Shown piece by piece: positions 1 through 12,171 of a stretch of DNA of 64,000 nucleotides (the stretch's first letter is position 1; each line of letters opens with the position of its first letter). Where the stretch lies: contig NC_042998.1 in NCBI RefSeq assembly GCF_006345805.1, positions 196,044,001 to 196,108,000 of the forward strand, read 5' to 3'. This DNA comes from Octopus sinensis (lineage: Eukaryota). The notes under the pieces were generated by a model. The model worked only from the letters and a program-made list of their open reading frames with translations. It ran no database searches and was not told the DNA's origin. A program made the position numbers and the translations under genes.

Positions 1-60
1 AATGTTTGGGATTGATTCATAAGAAGAAGTATACTTAACGGTAATGTGGCTAAGGTCAGG

Positions 61-478
61 TGTAGGTGTGGCTGTGTGGTAAGAAGCTTGCTTCCCAATT
101 ATATTGTTCCGGGTTCAGTCCCACTGTGTGGCACCTTGGGCAAGTGCCTTCTACTAGAGTCTCGGGCCGAACAAAGCTTTGAGTGGATTTGGTAGACAGA
201 AACTGAAAGATCCTCATCCTCTGTGTGTGGTGTGTGTATCGCATATGTGTGTGCGTATCGCGCATGTGTGTGTGTCTATGTTTGTCCTCTACCACCGCTT
301 GACAACCGGTGTTGGTGTGTTTATGTCCCTGCAACTTAACGGTTCAGCAAAAGACAAAGAGAGAATAAGTACCAGTTAAAAAAAAACAAAAGTACCGGTG
401 TCGATTCATTCGACTAAAAACTCCTCTAGATGGTGCCCCAGCATGGTCGCAGTCTAATGACCGAAACAAGTAAAAGAT
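61..478 (+). mobile_element. tRNA-headed SINE family A copy
   Basis: Head ggtgtggctgtgtggtaag...gggttcagtcccac (A/B-box-like), internal (TG)n, 3' tail ggtgccccagcatggtcgcagtctaatgaccgaaacaagtaaaag; more than 20 related copies in the window. Confidence 0.85.
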
Positions 479-690
479 TTTAAAAAAAAAACTAATCTGG
501 AATACTTCAATCCTTTGGTGATGTTCCAAAAACCCTTTCCCTCCACCCCGTTCTTTGTTTTTTCCAACTTAGCAACATTTAAAAGCCCCATTCGTAACCA
601 TACAGAAGTTTACCCTAATTTCAAACCATGTTCTATATTTGCTCCAAAGGATATTGATGTATCCTTTCTCTAGAATACATTTATAATTTA

Positions 691-1086
691 ACTAGCAGTA
701 TCGCCCGGCGTTGCTCGGGTTTGTTTTTCGACCCTTTAGAATTGGAATTTTTGACAAGTAAAAATTTTGCATTATATCGCTTGTTATTCTCTTTAAGTGA
801 ACATTTTTCTGGTTGAAATACACCGAAAAATGGCGACACAGCAGTCAAAAAATCATTAAAAATAGGGATTTTCATAGAAAATAAGCACCCTTTTGATGTA
901 AATAATTTTTGGTGTTAACATGGTCCGATTTGAATTTTATCTTCTACGGAAGGGAGAGCAAGCCTTCTTCTATCATACTCTCAATTTTGGTCAACTTGCG
1001 CCGCAGGGTCTCGGAGGAGATAGTGTTAGTTGAAGGCTACCAAACCTGCCACACGCAGACAACTTCAGCTTTATATAGAGAGAGAT
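691..1086 (+). mobile_element. Non-autonomous Helitron/Helentron-type element (HINE, Lep1/DINE-1-like)
   Basis: 5' end actagcagtatcgcccggcgttgctcggg identical to that at 27399; 3' end cagctttatatagagagagat; no TSD or TIR. Confidence 0.6.
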
Positions 1087-2157
1087 TTCTTTTATAAGAA
1101 TTCTTATTAATAGTTAGAAACCTAACTTTTCTTTTTCTAAATATATTTTATTTAATGTAATTTTATTGAACGCTAACAAAACCAACTTTCGCTATTAATA
1201 CAAACAGAAAATGGTTTAACTGTTCGTTCTGTTTTATGCTGTGAATTGATTTGTACTCAGTGAACTTAAGAATTCAAACGCCAAATTTACTTTGACATTA
1301 AGCAGTCATTGCCATTTATTTTCTCTTCACATGGAACTTTAATTTGCTCGAGTCTGATAAAGAAATACATCCCAATATAGGGTAATGAATTATGGGAAGA
1401 AATCTGATACGTCTGCTTTCAATTAGAATCCTCCATTAGCACTGGTGGTGAATAGAATCAAGTACATACTCTTAGAACTTTGAGAAGAATGGCTCAGGAA
1501 ATAGCACTGCCGTGAAATTGGTTGGTTAACTGATCGATTGATAGATCGATTAAATGTGCAAACTACTAAATATAATGGATTCGATTTGTCGAGTCATTTG
1601 AAACGTACGTAAGGGAATAAATCATCGCATGAACAGAATTCTTCATTGTTTATTTCTTTGCCATAAAGTTTGATAAGAGCCAACACACGATGTCTCGGAC
1701 TTTGAGTCACTGTTGCTTCTGATATATATATATAATATATATATATATACCACTATGTAAGTTAGGGGTTGTGGATCCAACCCACTAAGAGATAATACTT
1801 ATCCTATTTACTGTTGGTATAATACACAAGTGTTTTTAATTGCAATGCAATAAACTTACTTATTGTATTAAATAGGTGAAGTTAGAGAAATATTTTACCA
1901 TTAATTTATATTGCAAATAAGAAAACGGAAAAGCACATTAGTTGGTTCATCAACTTTAGGATATTAAAATGTTGACTTAATAATTTATATTCATGTTTTT
2001 TTAATAACTGCTTGTATTCTTATATTATATGCATTGACTAGTATACTATATGTATGTATGGTATTATGGTTGTCGTTTTGATAAATAAATAAGTCAGCAT
2101 TTTAATGTCCTAAAGCTGATAAACCAACTAATGTGCTTCTCCATTTTCTTATTTGTA

Positions 2158-2227
<70 letters not shown>

Positions 2228-2269
2228 GTATATATATATATAATATACATAATATATAATATATAAAAA

Positions 2270-3550
2270 TTACAAAATGGGACAAGAACGCAAAACATCC
2301 AGAGAGTTAGGTGATACAAAAAAGGGGACAACAAAACATTCAGATAGACGATACAAAGAAAACAAGGACGGGTCATTCGGAGTTTTCTTTCCTCAGTCGA
2401 ATTCCAGATTATCTTTGCAATTTCGGCTGGTTATACTCGAGATTGCTCCGATCTGGCCTGCCCCAAGGAAAAACTAAGCTAAGAGCATTAGATTCCTTGG
2501 AAGAAAGTAGCGAATGTACACGAAAACAAGGACGGAAAAAAACGGAGAATGTTACACAAATACAAATAACAGGAAATAACAACAGGTGTCTTTCGACTAA
2601 GGACGAATTATATATATATATTATATATATATATAATATATATATATATATATTACAAAAAAACAAAAGACAAAGACAGATGTGTAAACATCAAACAGAT
2701 GTATTAGTTTAACACTCGGGAAGTGAGAAAGTCTTTTACGTTACGAGCCTACACTCTTCGACAGAAAGGAGCACAGTTAGAAACAAGGAAAGAAAATAGA
2801 AAAAGGTTTGGTGGCTATCGATCTATAATGGCGAATACTGGACAGAGGGGGTCATACAGGAAAGCTAGGAAGAAGGGGAGATGATAAAGTAGTGGTGATC
2901 CCAAAACGAAGGCGTGTGTGCGTGTGTATGTGAGAGCGTGTATGTGCGTGAGGAAACAAAGAGAAAGGGGAAGAAGGGGAGGAGAGAAGACAAAAGGAAA
3001 AAGAAAGTGAGGGAGAGAGAGAGGCAAGGTAACAAGTGCGGATTGAGAGAAACGATAATTAGAATAGAGATAGAATTAATTAATACCAAAAAGGCAATCT
3101 TTATCTCCAACTTAACTTGCATGTTGTGTTAGACCGTAGAATACTGAGGACCTCTCATATGGACTGGTGATGCATATAAGCAAGGAGAATGGAGTGGGTG
3201 ATTCGTTTTATTGCATAATTTTACTAAGGTTTCGTCGACATTTTACCATAATATTGCTGCTGTCCTGTTATTTGTATTTGTGTAATATTCTCCGTTTTTT
3301 TCCGTCTTTGTTTTCGTGTACATTCGCTACTTTCTTCCAAGGCTTAGTTTTTCCTTGGGGCAGGCCAGATCGGAGCAATCTCGACTATAACCAGCCGAAA
3401 TTGCAAAGATAATCTTGAACTCGACTGAGGAAAGAAAACTCCGAATGACCCGTCCTTGTTTTCTTTGTATCGTCTATCTGAATGTTTTGTTGTCCCCTTT
3501 TTTGTATCACCTAACTCTCTGGATGTTTTGCGTTCTTGTCCCATTTTGTA
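2270..3550. mobile_element. Penelope-like element fragments with ~300-bp inverted arms
   Basis: About 2270-2600 is the reverse complement of about 3240-3550 (one ~20-bp indel); the centre carries a pLTR-like gaagag...gctcgtaacgt motif on the minus strand (2715-2766). Confidence 0.5.
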
Positions 3551-3564
3551 TTTTATATATATAT

Positions 3565-3625
<61 letters not shown>

Positions 3626-3634
3626 TATATATAT

Positions 3635-3726
<92 letters not shown>

Positions 3727-3959
3727 ATAAGCGAAATGATACATAGTATCGGTATTACTGTACCAATACTGGAAAATATCGACTCATCAGATTTATGTAT
3801 AAAATCGATTTGCTGAATGAACCTATATTTCATAGAACATAAAACCCCTCGTTGAAGATGTTTATATTATTTCATTAGCATATAATAGTTAAAACAAAAT
3901 GACAAATACACAATAAATACAAATTCGGACCAACTAATCAAAGAAAATAAATAAATGAC

Positions 3960-4322
3960 TAATATATTGCCATCAAGATGTAGGACAAGATACTGTGATA
4001 GCCTGGGCTTCCGAGGCCCACAGCTCTTCAATATCCTCCTGAAGAACCTAAGAGACCTGCATGGGGTGGATGCAGATGTCTTTAAAATGAAACTGGATCT
4101 TTTCTTGTCAGGTGTCCCGGATGAACCAACTTTGCGGCAGGAGGTGCAGATGAGGGCAGCTGCATCGAACTCTCTCATGCACCAAATGGCAGTTGCTAAA
4201 AAGCATTCGTGAAGTAAAACCATGTAGCAACACCAGATGGCGGTGCCCTAGCATAGCCACAGCTCGTGAGCTGAAACTAGATAAAATAAAATAAAATAAA
4301 ATAAAATAAAAAATATAAAATA
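3960..4322 (+). mobile_element. 5'-truncated CR1-group LINE 3' end with (TAAAA)n tail
   Basis: ORF 3955-4212 reads GPQLFNILLKNLR...FKMKLDLFLSGVPDEP, typical of the C-terminus of CR1-group ORF2; short 3' UTR with hairpin, then (TAAAA)n. Confidence 0.75.
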
Positions 4323-4987
4323 ATATCCTTTGGGGACCTAGTCTTTCTCATTCGCAAGATGAGCCCACCCACCCCCACTTAATTTTGCTCAGATTGCAGT
4401 TATTTCGATTTTTAAACCTCTGTAACATTTTTCTCCAATTTTTTCTCCACAACATCATACCTTCAAAGCAATGAGACTGGAATGCTACATTATTATAGCT
4501 GATTTCCAGATATTTTACTTCCTTTTAAAAAAAAATGCATATTTTGTGAATGAAAAAGAACAAACTAGATCTAATTCTTCTTTCTGGAATCGTACGTCTG
4601 TTTATAGCTTGTATCTTCTCTAAAACCATTCAGGTGGTTGACAGCACAATCTTTGCATTCAACTGTTTATATACTCATGATACATATGCATGTGTGTGTG
4701 TGTGTGTGTGTGTGTGTCTTCTCTGTAACCACAACCCCTTGATACTATTACAAAGACCCGTACAGTGTGGTGCAGAGAAAGGGTCAGTCAATGGCTATCC
4801 AAAATGGCAGGGTCAACGTAGACACGTTTCTTTCACTGCACTCCTCTGAAGATGGGCCTTTGCACCCGAAATATATATATAAATATTTCTCAACTTTCAT
4901 CTCTGGATTGTTAGAAACTTTCTTCATTTCATTTCATTTATTATTCTACTACTGTGCTACAACACATCAAGCGAACCACACCGCTCT

Positions 4988-5026
<39 letters not shown>

Positions 5027-5617
5027 GTGTGTGTGTATGTGTGTGTGCGTGTGTGTGTGTGTGCGTGTGTGTTGTGCGTGTGTGTGTGTAGGTGTGTGTG
5101 TGTCTGTATGTATGTATATATGTGTGTGTGTATATATATATATATATATGTACATATCCTATCAGATCCCCCTTTCCCCTACTTAAACTTTATCTCTCCC
5201 TCTCTCTCTCTCTCTCCTCTCTCTCTCCCTCCCTCCCTCTCTCACTCCTTCCCTCCCTCTCTCACTCTTTCTTTTTCCTCTGTTGCCTGATCCACTTTTA
5301 TCTGCTGCTACCATCCCACCTTCAACTCACATCAACACCCCACCCAATCAGCCAAACACACACACATATACACGCATACATACACACACACACACGTACA
5401 CACACACGATTTTTTTCTCTCTCTCCCTTCAGTTAGGACGTGGAGAAATGTGAAGATTTATATTTCGATGACACGAAGGAATTTAGAAAAAAGATTTTAA
5501 ATACAACCTTTAATGGATGATGAAAATTTTCAAAGGAAATTTTATTAAACGGGTGCGACGGGTAGGACCTGTTGTAGCAGCAACAGCAACATCAGATGCC
5601 TTAATGCAACTGGTCCT

Positions 5618-5762
5618 CCGTCCGTCACGACGACGAGTGTTCCAGTTGATCCGATCAACGGAATAGCCTGTTCATGAAATTAACGAACAAGTCGCTCAGC
5701 GCTCTTCATATACATATATACCCATAACGGAGTTCTCAGGGAGATCCAGCGTGATATCACAT
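5618..5762 (-). mobile_element. SINE family D 3' portion
   Basis: Reverse complement of the ...gctgttccgttgatcggatcaactggaac...gtcgtcg...gacgga tail also seen at 38100-38190 and 53873-54060. Confidence 0.7.
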
Positions 5763-5799
5763 GCTATATATATGTGTGTGTGAATCGTTGGCGATTATT

Positions 5800-5910
5800 T
5801 TTTTCCTCCGTCTTCCTTTTCTATTGGACTTTCCTCTGTTTCTGAAGAAGAGCGTTTACTCGAAACGTTAAACCAACTTTCTTTCCTTCCCTGAGCGTCT
5901 GCTAATACTT
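5800..5910 (+). mobile_element. Penelope-type pLTR fragment with hammerhead-like core
   Basis: CTGAAGA-agagc...actc-GAAACG...CGTC; related to 9180-9300, 23170-23365 and 27160-27370; stem I not evident. Confidence 0.5.
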
Positions 5911-5917
5911 TAAAAGT

Positions 5918-5974
<57 letters not shown>

Positions 5975-6089
5975 TGTGTATGTGTGTGTGTGTGTGTGTG
6001 TATGTGTGTGTGTGTGTGTATGCGTGTGTGTGTGTGTGTGTGTGTGCGTGTGGTGTGTGTGTGTGGTGTGTGTGTGTGTGTGTGTGTGT

Positions 6090-6290
6090 ATCTTTTTGTC
6101 CCTCTACCATCACTTGACAACCGATGCTGATGTGTTTATGTCCCCGAAACTTAGCGTTTCGGCAAAAGAGACCGATAGAATAAATAATAGGCTTACAAAG
6201 AATAAGCGCTGGGGTCGATTTCTTCGACCTTTAGGTGGCGCTCCAGCATAGCCGCAGTCAAGTGACTGAAACGTGTAAAAGAGTTAAAGG
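6090..6290 (+). mobile_element. SINE family A 3' half following a (TG)n tract
   Basis: cttgacaaccgatgctg...ggcgctccagcatagccgcagtcaagtgactgaaac. Confidence 0.8.
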
Positions 6291-6427
6291 GTGTATACGT
6301 GCGTGTCTTAGTGTTTTGTCACGCCACCCGCAGTTGCTTGACAAATTTACAACCGCTGTTGGTTTGTATGCGTCCCCGTAACCCGTAACTACTAACTTTG
6401 AGCGATCCGGAACAAAAAAAAAAGAAC

Positions 6428-6620
6428 GGCGTAACTTCGGTATAGGTACCGGAAGTACCGGATACATTTCAAGAAAGTGTTTTTTTACATATATGAGGGG
6501 TTAGAGTTAGGGTTAGGGTTTGTGTTAGGGTTAGGGGTGGGAGAAAAGGGTTTCTGTTATCTTCAGAAATGTAAACAAAGCCACTTCCGGTACTTACGGT
6601 ACCTATACCGAAGGATCGCC
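6428..6620. mobile_element. MITE with ~35-bp TIRs (GGCG ends), 8-bp TSD and internal TTAGGG-like repeats
   Basis: TIR ggcgtaacttcggtataggtaccggaagtaccgga / tccggtacttacggtacctataccgaaggatcgcc; TSD aaaagaac at 6420-6427 and 6621-6628; splits an older SINE-A copy. Confidence 0.85.
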
Positions 6621-7197
6621 AAAAGAACGATAGAATAAGAGCACTAAGCTTTAAAATAAGTAAGTACTGGGGGAGATTTGATCAAGTGAACCTTTCAACG
6701 CGATGATCCAGCATGGCCGCAGCCCGGTGAGTGAAACAAGTAATATTAAGACTAAACACCGTCTTGATCTACGGATTAAAGCGAGCGATTAATAATAATC
6801 GTGTCAGCTGTAAAAGTTACATCACCTGAACCGACGCAAAGAAGCCCCGACAGCCATCACATGGTAACCATGTTCGCGAGCACACGTCGAGCCTCGAGCT
6901 ATGTTTTTAGTCTTTTGTATGGCTTCGTTTGCTGGAAATACTCTTCAAAAACGTTGTACCACTTCAGCTGCTATCTCTGTAACACTTAATACTTCACTTA
7001 CAAGATACAATAAACGTGGGTGTTTGTCGATATCTGCTTTCATCGTTCGCAGCACGTTAATGAAACGTTTATGCATTTTTTTCTTTTCTTTTCTTTTCTC
7101 TTCTCATCTGTGTTACTGTCGTCACTTCCGGTCTATTCTTTCATTTCTTTTGCATTTAACCCCACTTTTTTAAAGATTTAATTCAATAGTTTACTCA

Positions 7198-7235
<38 letters not shown>

Positions 7236-7524
7236 CACACATAAACGCGTATGTAATCCCATGTATATATACTCTACCACCTACACCACCAAATGGTATA
7301 TACAGGTGCTTACAATTATCAAGTATTCACCCTGAATTTTTGTACCCAACTTATATATATAGCAAAAACTATCCGATGAACGGCAACGGGAAACTCAGAG
7401 TAACAGGTTTTGTTGAATTTTCTGCTGCTTTAAATAAAGCATATTACTCTACCACTGGTATTTGAGTACTCTTTTTTCCACCTTGCTTCTCATTTATGTG
7501 TCTACTCCGGTATATATATATTTA

Positions 7525-7757
7525 TATTTCTTTATTGCCCACAAGGAGCTAAACACAGAGGAGACTAACAAAAACAGACAAACGGATTAAGTCAACTACA
7601 TCGACCCCAGTGCGTAACTGGTACTTTATTTATCGACCCCGAAAGGATGAACGGCATAGTCGACCTCGGCGGAATTTGAACTCAGAACATAAAGACAGAC
7701 GAAATACCGCTAAGCATTTCGCCCGGCGGGCTAACGACTCTGCCAGCTCGCCGCCCT
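7525..7757 (-). mobile_element. SINE family B (Deu/Nin-domain) monomer ending in the Tx1-like tail
   Basis: tRNA-like head ggcggcgagctggcag..., B-box gagttcaaattcc, core ctttcggggtcgataaataaagtaccag, tail ...ccttgtgggcaataaagaaat. Confidence 0.85.
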
Positions 7758-8440
7758 TAAATAATTAATATACCAACTCTACTGAGAAATATACGATCAC
7801 GGTGGTAAGTCCAATGACTGAAACAAAGGATGGACGAGAGATTTGACCCGAATACTTACTACAACAGACTAGAATCCATTAACAAAAACACACGAGAGCC
7901 CGTTGGTGGCGTTAAATCAAGCGACGGAGTAATGGCGGCGAGAGATAGATCGTCTGTTGTTCTACTTGATAATAATTCCAGTTCATCTAAATGATAGCTC
8001 GTTATCTGTTAAAACAACATGTTTACTGCATGCATTATTTACAATGGCTTCACCCCTGCATACCTTTCTTTACATTTTGCCTTTCCTCGTTTTATTGTTT
8101 CCATCTTTCCGACGAGAAACGTTCCGTTAACACTTCACCTCTTCTTCATCTTCTGTTCCGTCTCCCCCTTTCCCTCTCTTCCTTTACCTCTGTCACTCTC
8201 TCTTCCACCACCGCCACTACATATATATATATTATCCTATCTGCTTATTATCTTTATATATTCGGGCGAGGCTCCTAGTGATGACAGTTAATTAGTTATA
8301 AATATTTGTTTTTCACAGGAAATAAAATAAATGTTGAAAGCCTTAAAGTCAAGATGGCGGTACCTTACCTTCTTTAATCTGATGAATCTAGCTTCCTTCT
8401 TGTCGACAGTTCCGGCGTCTTTAACTTCTCGCTATCTTTA

Positions 8441-8835
8441 GCGGCGAGCTGGCAGAAACGTTAGCGCGCCGGGCGAAATACTTAGCAGTATTTCGTCTGC
8501 CGCTACGTTATGAGTTCAAATTCCGCCGAGGTCGACTTTGCCTTTCATGCTTTCAGGGTCGATTAAATAAGTACCAGTTACGCACTGGGGTCGATATAAT
8601 CGACTTAATCAGTTTGTCTGTCCTTGTTTGTCCCCTCTGTGTTTAGCCCCTTGTGGGCAGTAAAGAAATAGGTATTTCGCCCGTCGCTACGTTCTGAGTT
8701 CAAATTCCGCCGAGGTCAACTTTGCCTTTCATTCTTTCGGGGGTCAATAAAATAAGTACCAGCTGAGTACTGGGTTGATTTGATGGTCTTATTCCCCCCC
8801 CCAAATTGATGGCCTTGTGTCAAATTTTGAAACCA
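8441..8835 (+). mobile_element. SINE family B dimer with alternative terminal tail
   Basis: Head + unit with Tx1-like tail + headless second unit ending ccccaaattgatggccttgtgtcaaattttgaaacc. Confidence 0.85.
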
Positions 8836-9179
8836 ATATTTTGATGGGGCGTGTTACTTCAAAATGGGGTGGGGAGTAAGAGAATAAAACTTGTAACACA
8901 TATATGTATATATATATATATATAATACACTTCTAAATATCTCAGAGATATATATGCAGTAGTGGTACGATAGAGTAGTTGTATACTGTCAACTTAATCT
9001 GACAGTCCCATGAAGGAATCACACCACTGCTATTTAGCCCTAGGCAGTATCAACGCTTCCTCTCGGCCTTGACACATTTGCTGTGTCCTTATGTTTACAA
9101 GGGGGAGACAAGCACCTCCACCCGATGCAGGCTTAGCTGGGTGGAGGTGCTACACACATTTTTTCTCTCCTTTTTTTTT

Positions 9180-9305
9180 TCTGTGTCCCTTTCTGTAGAA
9201 GAGCGTAGGCTCGAAACGTAAAAGACTTTTCCTATTCCTGAGCGTTATACTAATACATCCGTTTGTTTTCTACACCGCCTGTCTTCGTCTTTCGTTTTTT
9301 TCGTA
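9180..9305 (+). mobile_element. Penelope-type pLTR fragment with hammerhead-like motif
   Basis: CTGTAGA-agagc gtag gctc-GAAACG...CGTTA; same family as 2715-2766 on the minus strand. Confidence 0.5.
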
Positions 9306-9723
9306 AACTCTCCCTATATATATACATACATACACACGCACATATATTCACTCACACACATACACACACATTTATATATACACACGCACATATATATATA
9401 TATGTATTTTCATTTGGTCCATCACGTTGAGAGCGAATGAAAAATTCAGCTTGTTTTTTGTTTGTTTTTACAGAATTAATAACTATAATGGAGATTGTTT
9501 TCCCGGTGAAAACAATTCGGTTGATAAAGCGATTGTGATCCCGTTTGTGATCTGTTATAGTCAGAGAGGGAAGCTACAGAGATGAGTAGGGAAATCTATT
9601 GGGATACCACTTGTTGATGTATATTATGTAATCTGATGTGGGGGAGGCTGCATGCGTGCTGGAGGAGAGAGAACAAAGTGGAAAGAGTGGTTAGGGAAGA
9701 GAAAATTATAAATACAAACAGAA

Positions 9724-9793
<70 letters not shown>

Positions 9794-10168
9794 CACGTTG
9801 GGGGCGACAATGGACCGACCATTTGCTATTACAGAAAGAGGGAGAGATGAAGAGGAGGAAACGGACGTTGCAACCGAGAGATGTAGAAACACTAAACGTA
9901 ACCATGCTGTATCATGACCAGTCAACGAGGAGGGCCTCTCGGGTGACAATGCGTCTGTCCATTCGTGCATATAAAGGCACTTAGAATAATTAGCGAAAGC
10001 ATGGCACGCAATCTCGAGTCACACTCGCTCGCGCGTGACGGCTGTGTTTTGCCTTGCGTTTATGTTTAATACAAGCGCAGGTACGGCGATGTGGTTAAGA
10101 AGTTCGCTTTGCAACCACGTGGTTTCGGGGTCAGTCCCACCACGCAGCATCTTAGGCAAGTGTTTTCT

Positions 10169-10829
10169 GGTACTACTTAAGAAGAGTGGTCCCGGTGCGC
10201 GCCCTCGCGTATTTGCGCATCCGCGCTAGCCAGTCGTGACTAGTCGATCCTACAACGACTACCTAGCAAAGTAAATAAAATACAAAATGAATAATTTAAG
10301 CGTAGGAGTGGCTGTGTGGTAAGTAGCTTACTTATGAACCACATGGTTCCGGGTTCAGTCCCACTGCGTGGCACCTTGGGCAAGTGTCTTCTACTATAGC
10401 CTCGGGCAGACCAAAGCCTTGTGAGTGGATTTGGTAGACGGAAACTGAAAGAAGCCCGTCGTATGTATGTATATATATATGTATGTATGTGTGTGTATAT
10501 GTTTGTGTGTCTGTGTTTGTCCCCTCAACATCGCTTGACAACCGATGCTGGTGTGTTTACGTCCCGTAACTTAGCGGTTCGGCAAAAGAGACCGATATAA
10601 TAAGTACTAGGCTTACAAAGGATAAGTTCTGGGGTCGATTTTCTCGACTAAAGGCGGTGCTCCAGCATGGCAGCAGTCAAATGACTGAAACAAAAAAAAA
10701 AAAAATTTTTTTACACAAAGTAAATAAAACACAAAAGCACAAAGTAAGGATCGACTAGTCACGACTAGCTAGCGCGGATGTGCGAGTACGCGAGTGCACG
10801 CATCGGGACCACTCTTCTTAAATAGTACC
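10169..10829. mobile_element. MITE with 83-bp TIRs (GGTAC ends) and 9-bp TSD, itself containing a SINE-A
   Basis: TIRs 10169-10251 and 10747-10829; TSD gtgttttct (10160-10168) / gtgtttttt (10830-10838), matching the SINE-A consensus gtgtcttct that it interrupts. Confidence 0.85.
10303..10692 (+). mobile_element. SINE family A copy nested in the MITE
   Basis: Complete head, microsatellite and tail. Confidence 0.9.
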
Positions 10830-10894
10830 GTGTTTTTTATTATAGCCCCGGGCCGACCTAAGCCTTGTGAGTAAATTTGGGAACCTTAGGAAAT

Positions 10895-11106
10895 CGTGTC
10901 GTACTGACTGGCCCTCGTGCCGATGGCACGTAAAAGCACCCACTACACTCTCGGAGTGGTTGGCATTAGGAAAGGCATCCAGCTGTAGAAACCCTGCCAG
11001 ATCAAGATTGGAGACTGGTGCAGCCATCTGGTTCGCCATCCCTCAATCAAATCGTCCAACCCATGCCAGCATGGAAAGTGGACGTTAAACGATGATGATG
11101 ATGATG
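10895..11106 (+). mobile_element. RTE-clade LINE 3' UTR fragment with (ATG)n tail
   Basis: ...ggaaaggcatccagctgtagaaac...cccatgccagcatggaaagtggacgttaaac(gat)n; same family as 60405-60905, which retains the ORF end. Confidence 0.7.
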
Positions 11107-11414
11107 TAGCTACGGGCCGACCGATGCTGGGAGAGTGAATTTGGTAGAAGGAAACTATAAGGAAGCCCCTCGTATATGTGTATCTGTGCTTATTTGTGTC
11201 TGCGTTTGTCACCCCCCACCGCTTGACAACCAGTCGGTGTTGGTTTGTTTATGTTTCCGTAGCTTAGCTTTTCTGCTAGTACTAGACATATAAAAGGGAA
11301 AGAAAACAGGACTTAAGTACAGGGTCGAGTTGTTCGACTAAAACCCTTTCAAGCGGTGCCCCAGCATGGCCGCAGTTCGGTGACTGACAGTAGTAAAAAG
11401 TAAAAGACACACAC

Positions 11415-11471
<57 letters not shown>

Positions 11472-11705
11472 GAGGGAGAGAGAGAGAGAGAAAACAGGGG
11501 TTCATAGTGACCCCCCCCCCATGCAAAGATGCATAGCGACGGTGGTTCATATTGCCCCCATAAATGTATACCATAGGTTCTCTTGATGGCCGCTGAGAGG
11601 GTCCGGATAGTCGGTGGTGTTTAAAGGGGGGCGCAGTAGAGAAAAAGGAGGCGTTTGGAGGAAATCAGTGGATTGGGGGGGAACACTATGAATTTATATT
11701 ATTAC

Positions 11706-12076
11706 AGTATTCTCTTTTACTCTTTTACTTGTTTCAGTCATTTGACTGCGGCCATGCTGGAGCACCGCCTTTAGTCGAGCAAATCGACCCCGGGACTTAT
11801 TCTTTGTAAGCCCAGTACTTATTCTATCGGTCTCTTTTGCCGAACCGCTAAGTGACGGGGACGTAAACACACCAGCATCGGTTGTCAAGCATTGCTAGGG
11901 GGACAAACACAGACACACAGGCTTCTTTCAGTTTCCGTCTACCAAATCCACTCACAAGGCATTGGTCGGCCCGGGCTATAGCAGAAGACACTTGCCCAAG
12001 ATGCCACGCAGTGGGACTGAACCCGGAACCATGTGGTTGGTTAGCAAGCTACTTACCACACAGCCACTCCTGCGCC
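11706..12076 (-). mobile_element. SINE family A, young subfamily
   Basis: Head nearly identical to that at 44980-45138; shares variants (gcattgg, and cccaagatgcc in most) with copies at 16100 and 30061. Confidence 0.9.
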
Positions 12077-12171
12077 CTGTATACAAATTATGTAATACAA
12101 ATTATGTAATATTATATGAAATATCAAATGATTCATAGTATATATATAAATTAGTAAAATACAAAATACAC

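Noticed and set aside
6495-6545. True telomere or chromosome-fusion scar
   Set aside because: Only a few degenerate TTAGGG units, enclosed in a MITE with TIRs and a TSD
8369-8431. Possible 63-nt minus-strand exon (REVKDAGTVDKKEARFIRLKK) with donor AG|GTAAGG
   Set aside because: The acceptor lacks a polypyrimidine tract and abuts a SINE head, and no homology is recognised; too weak to list
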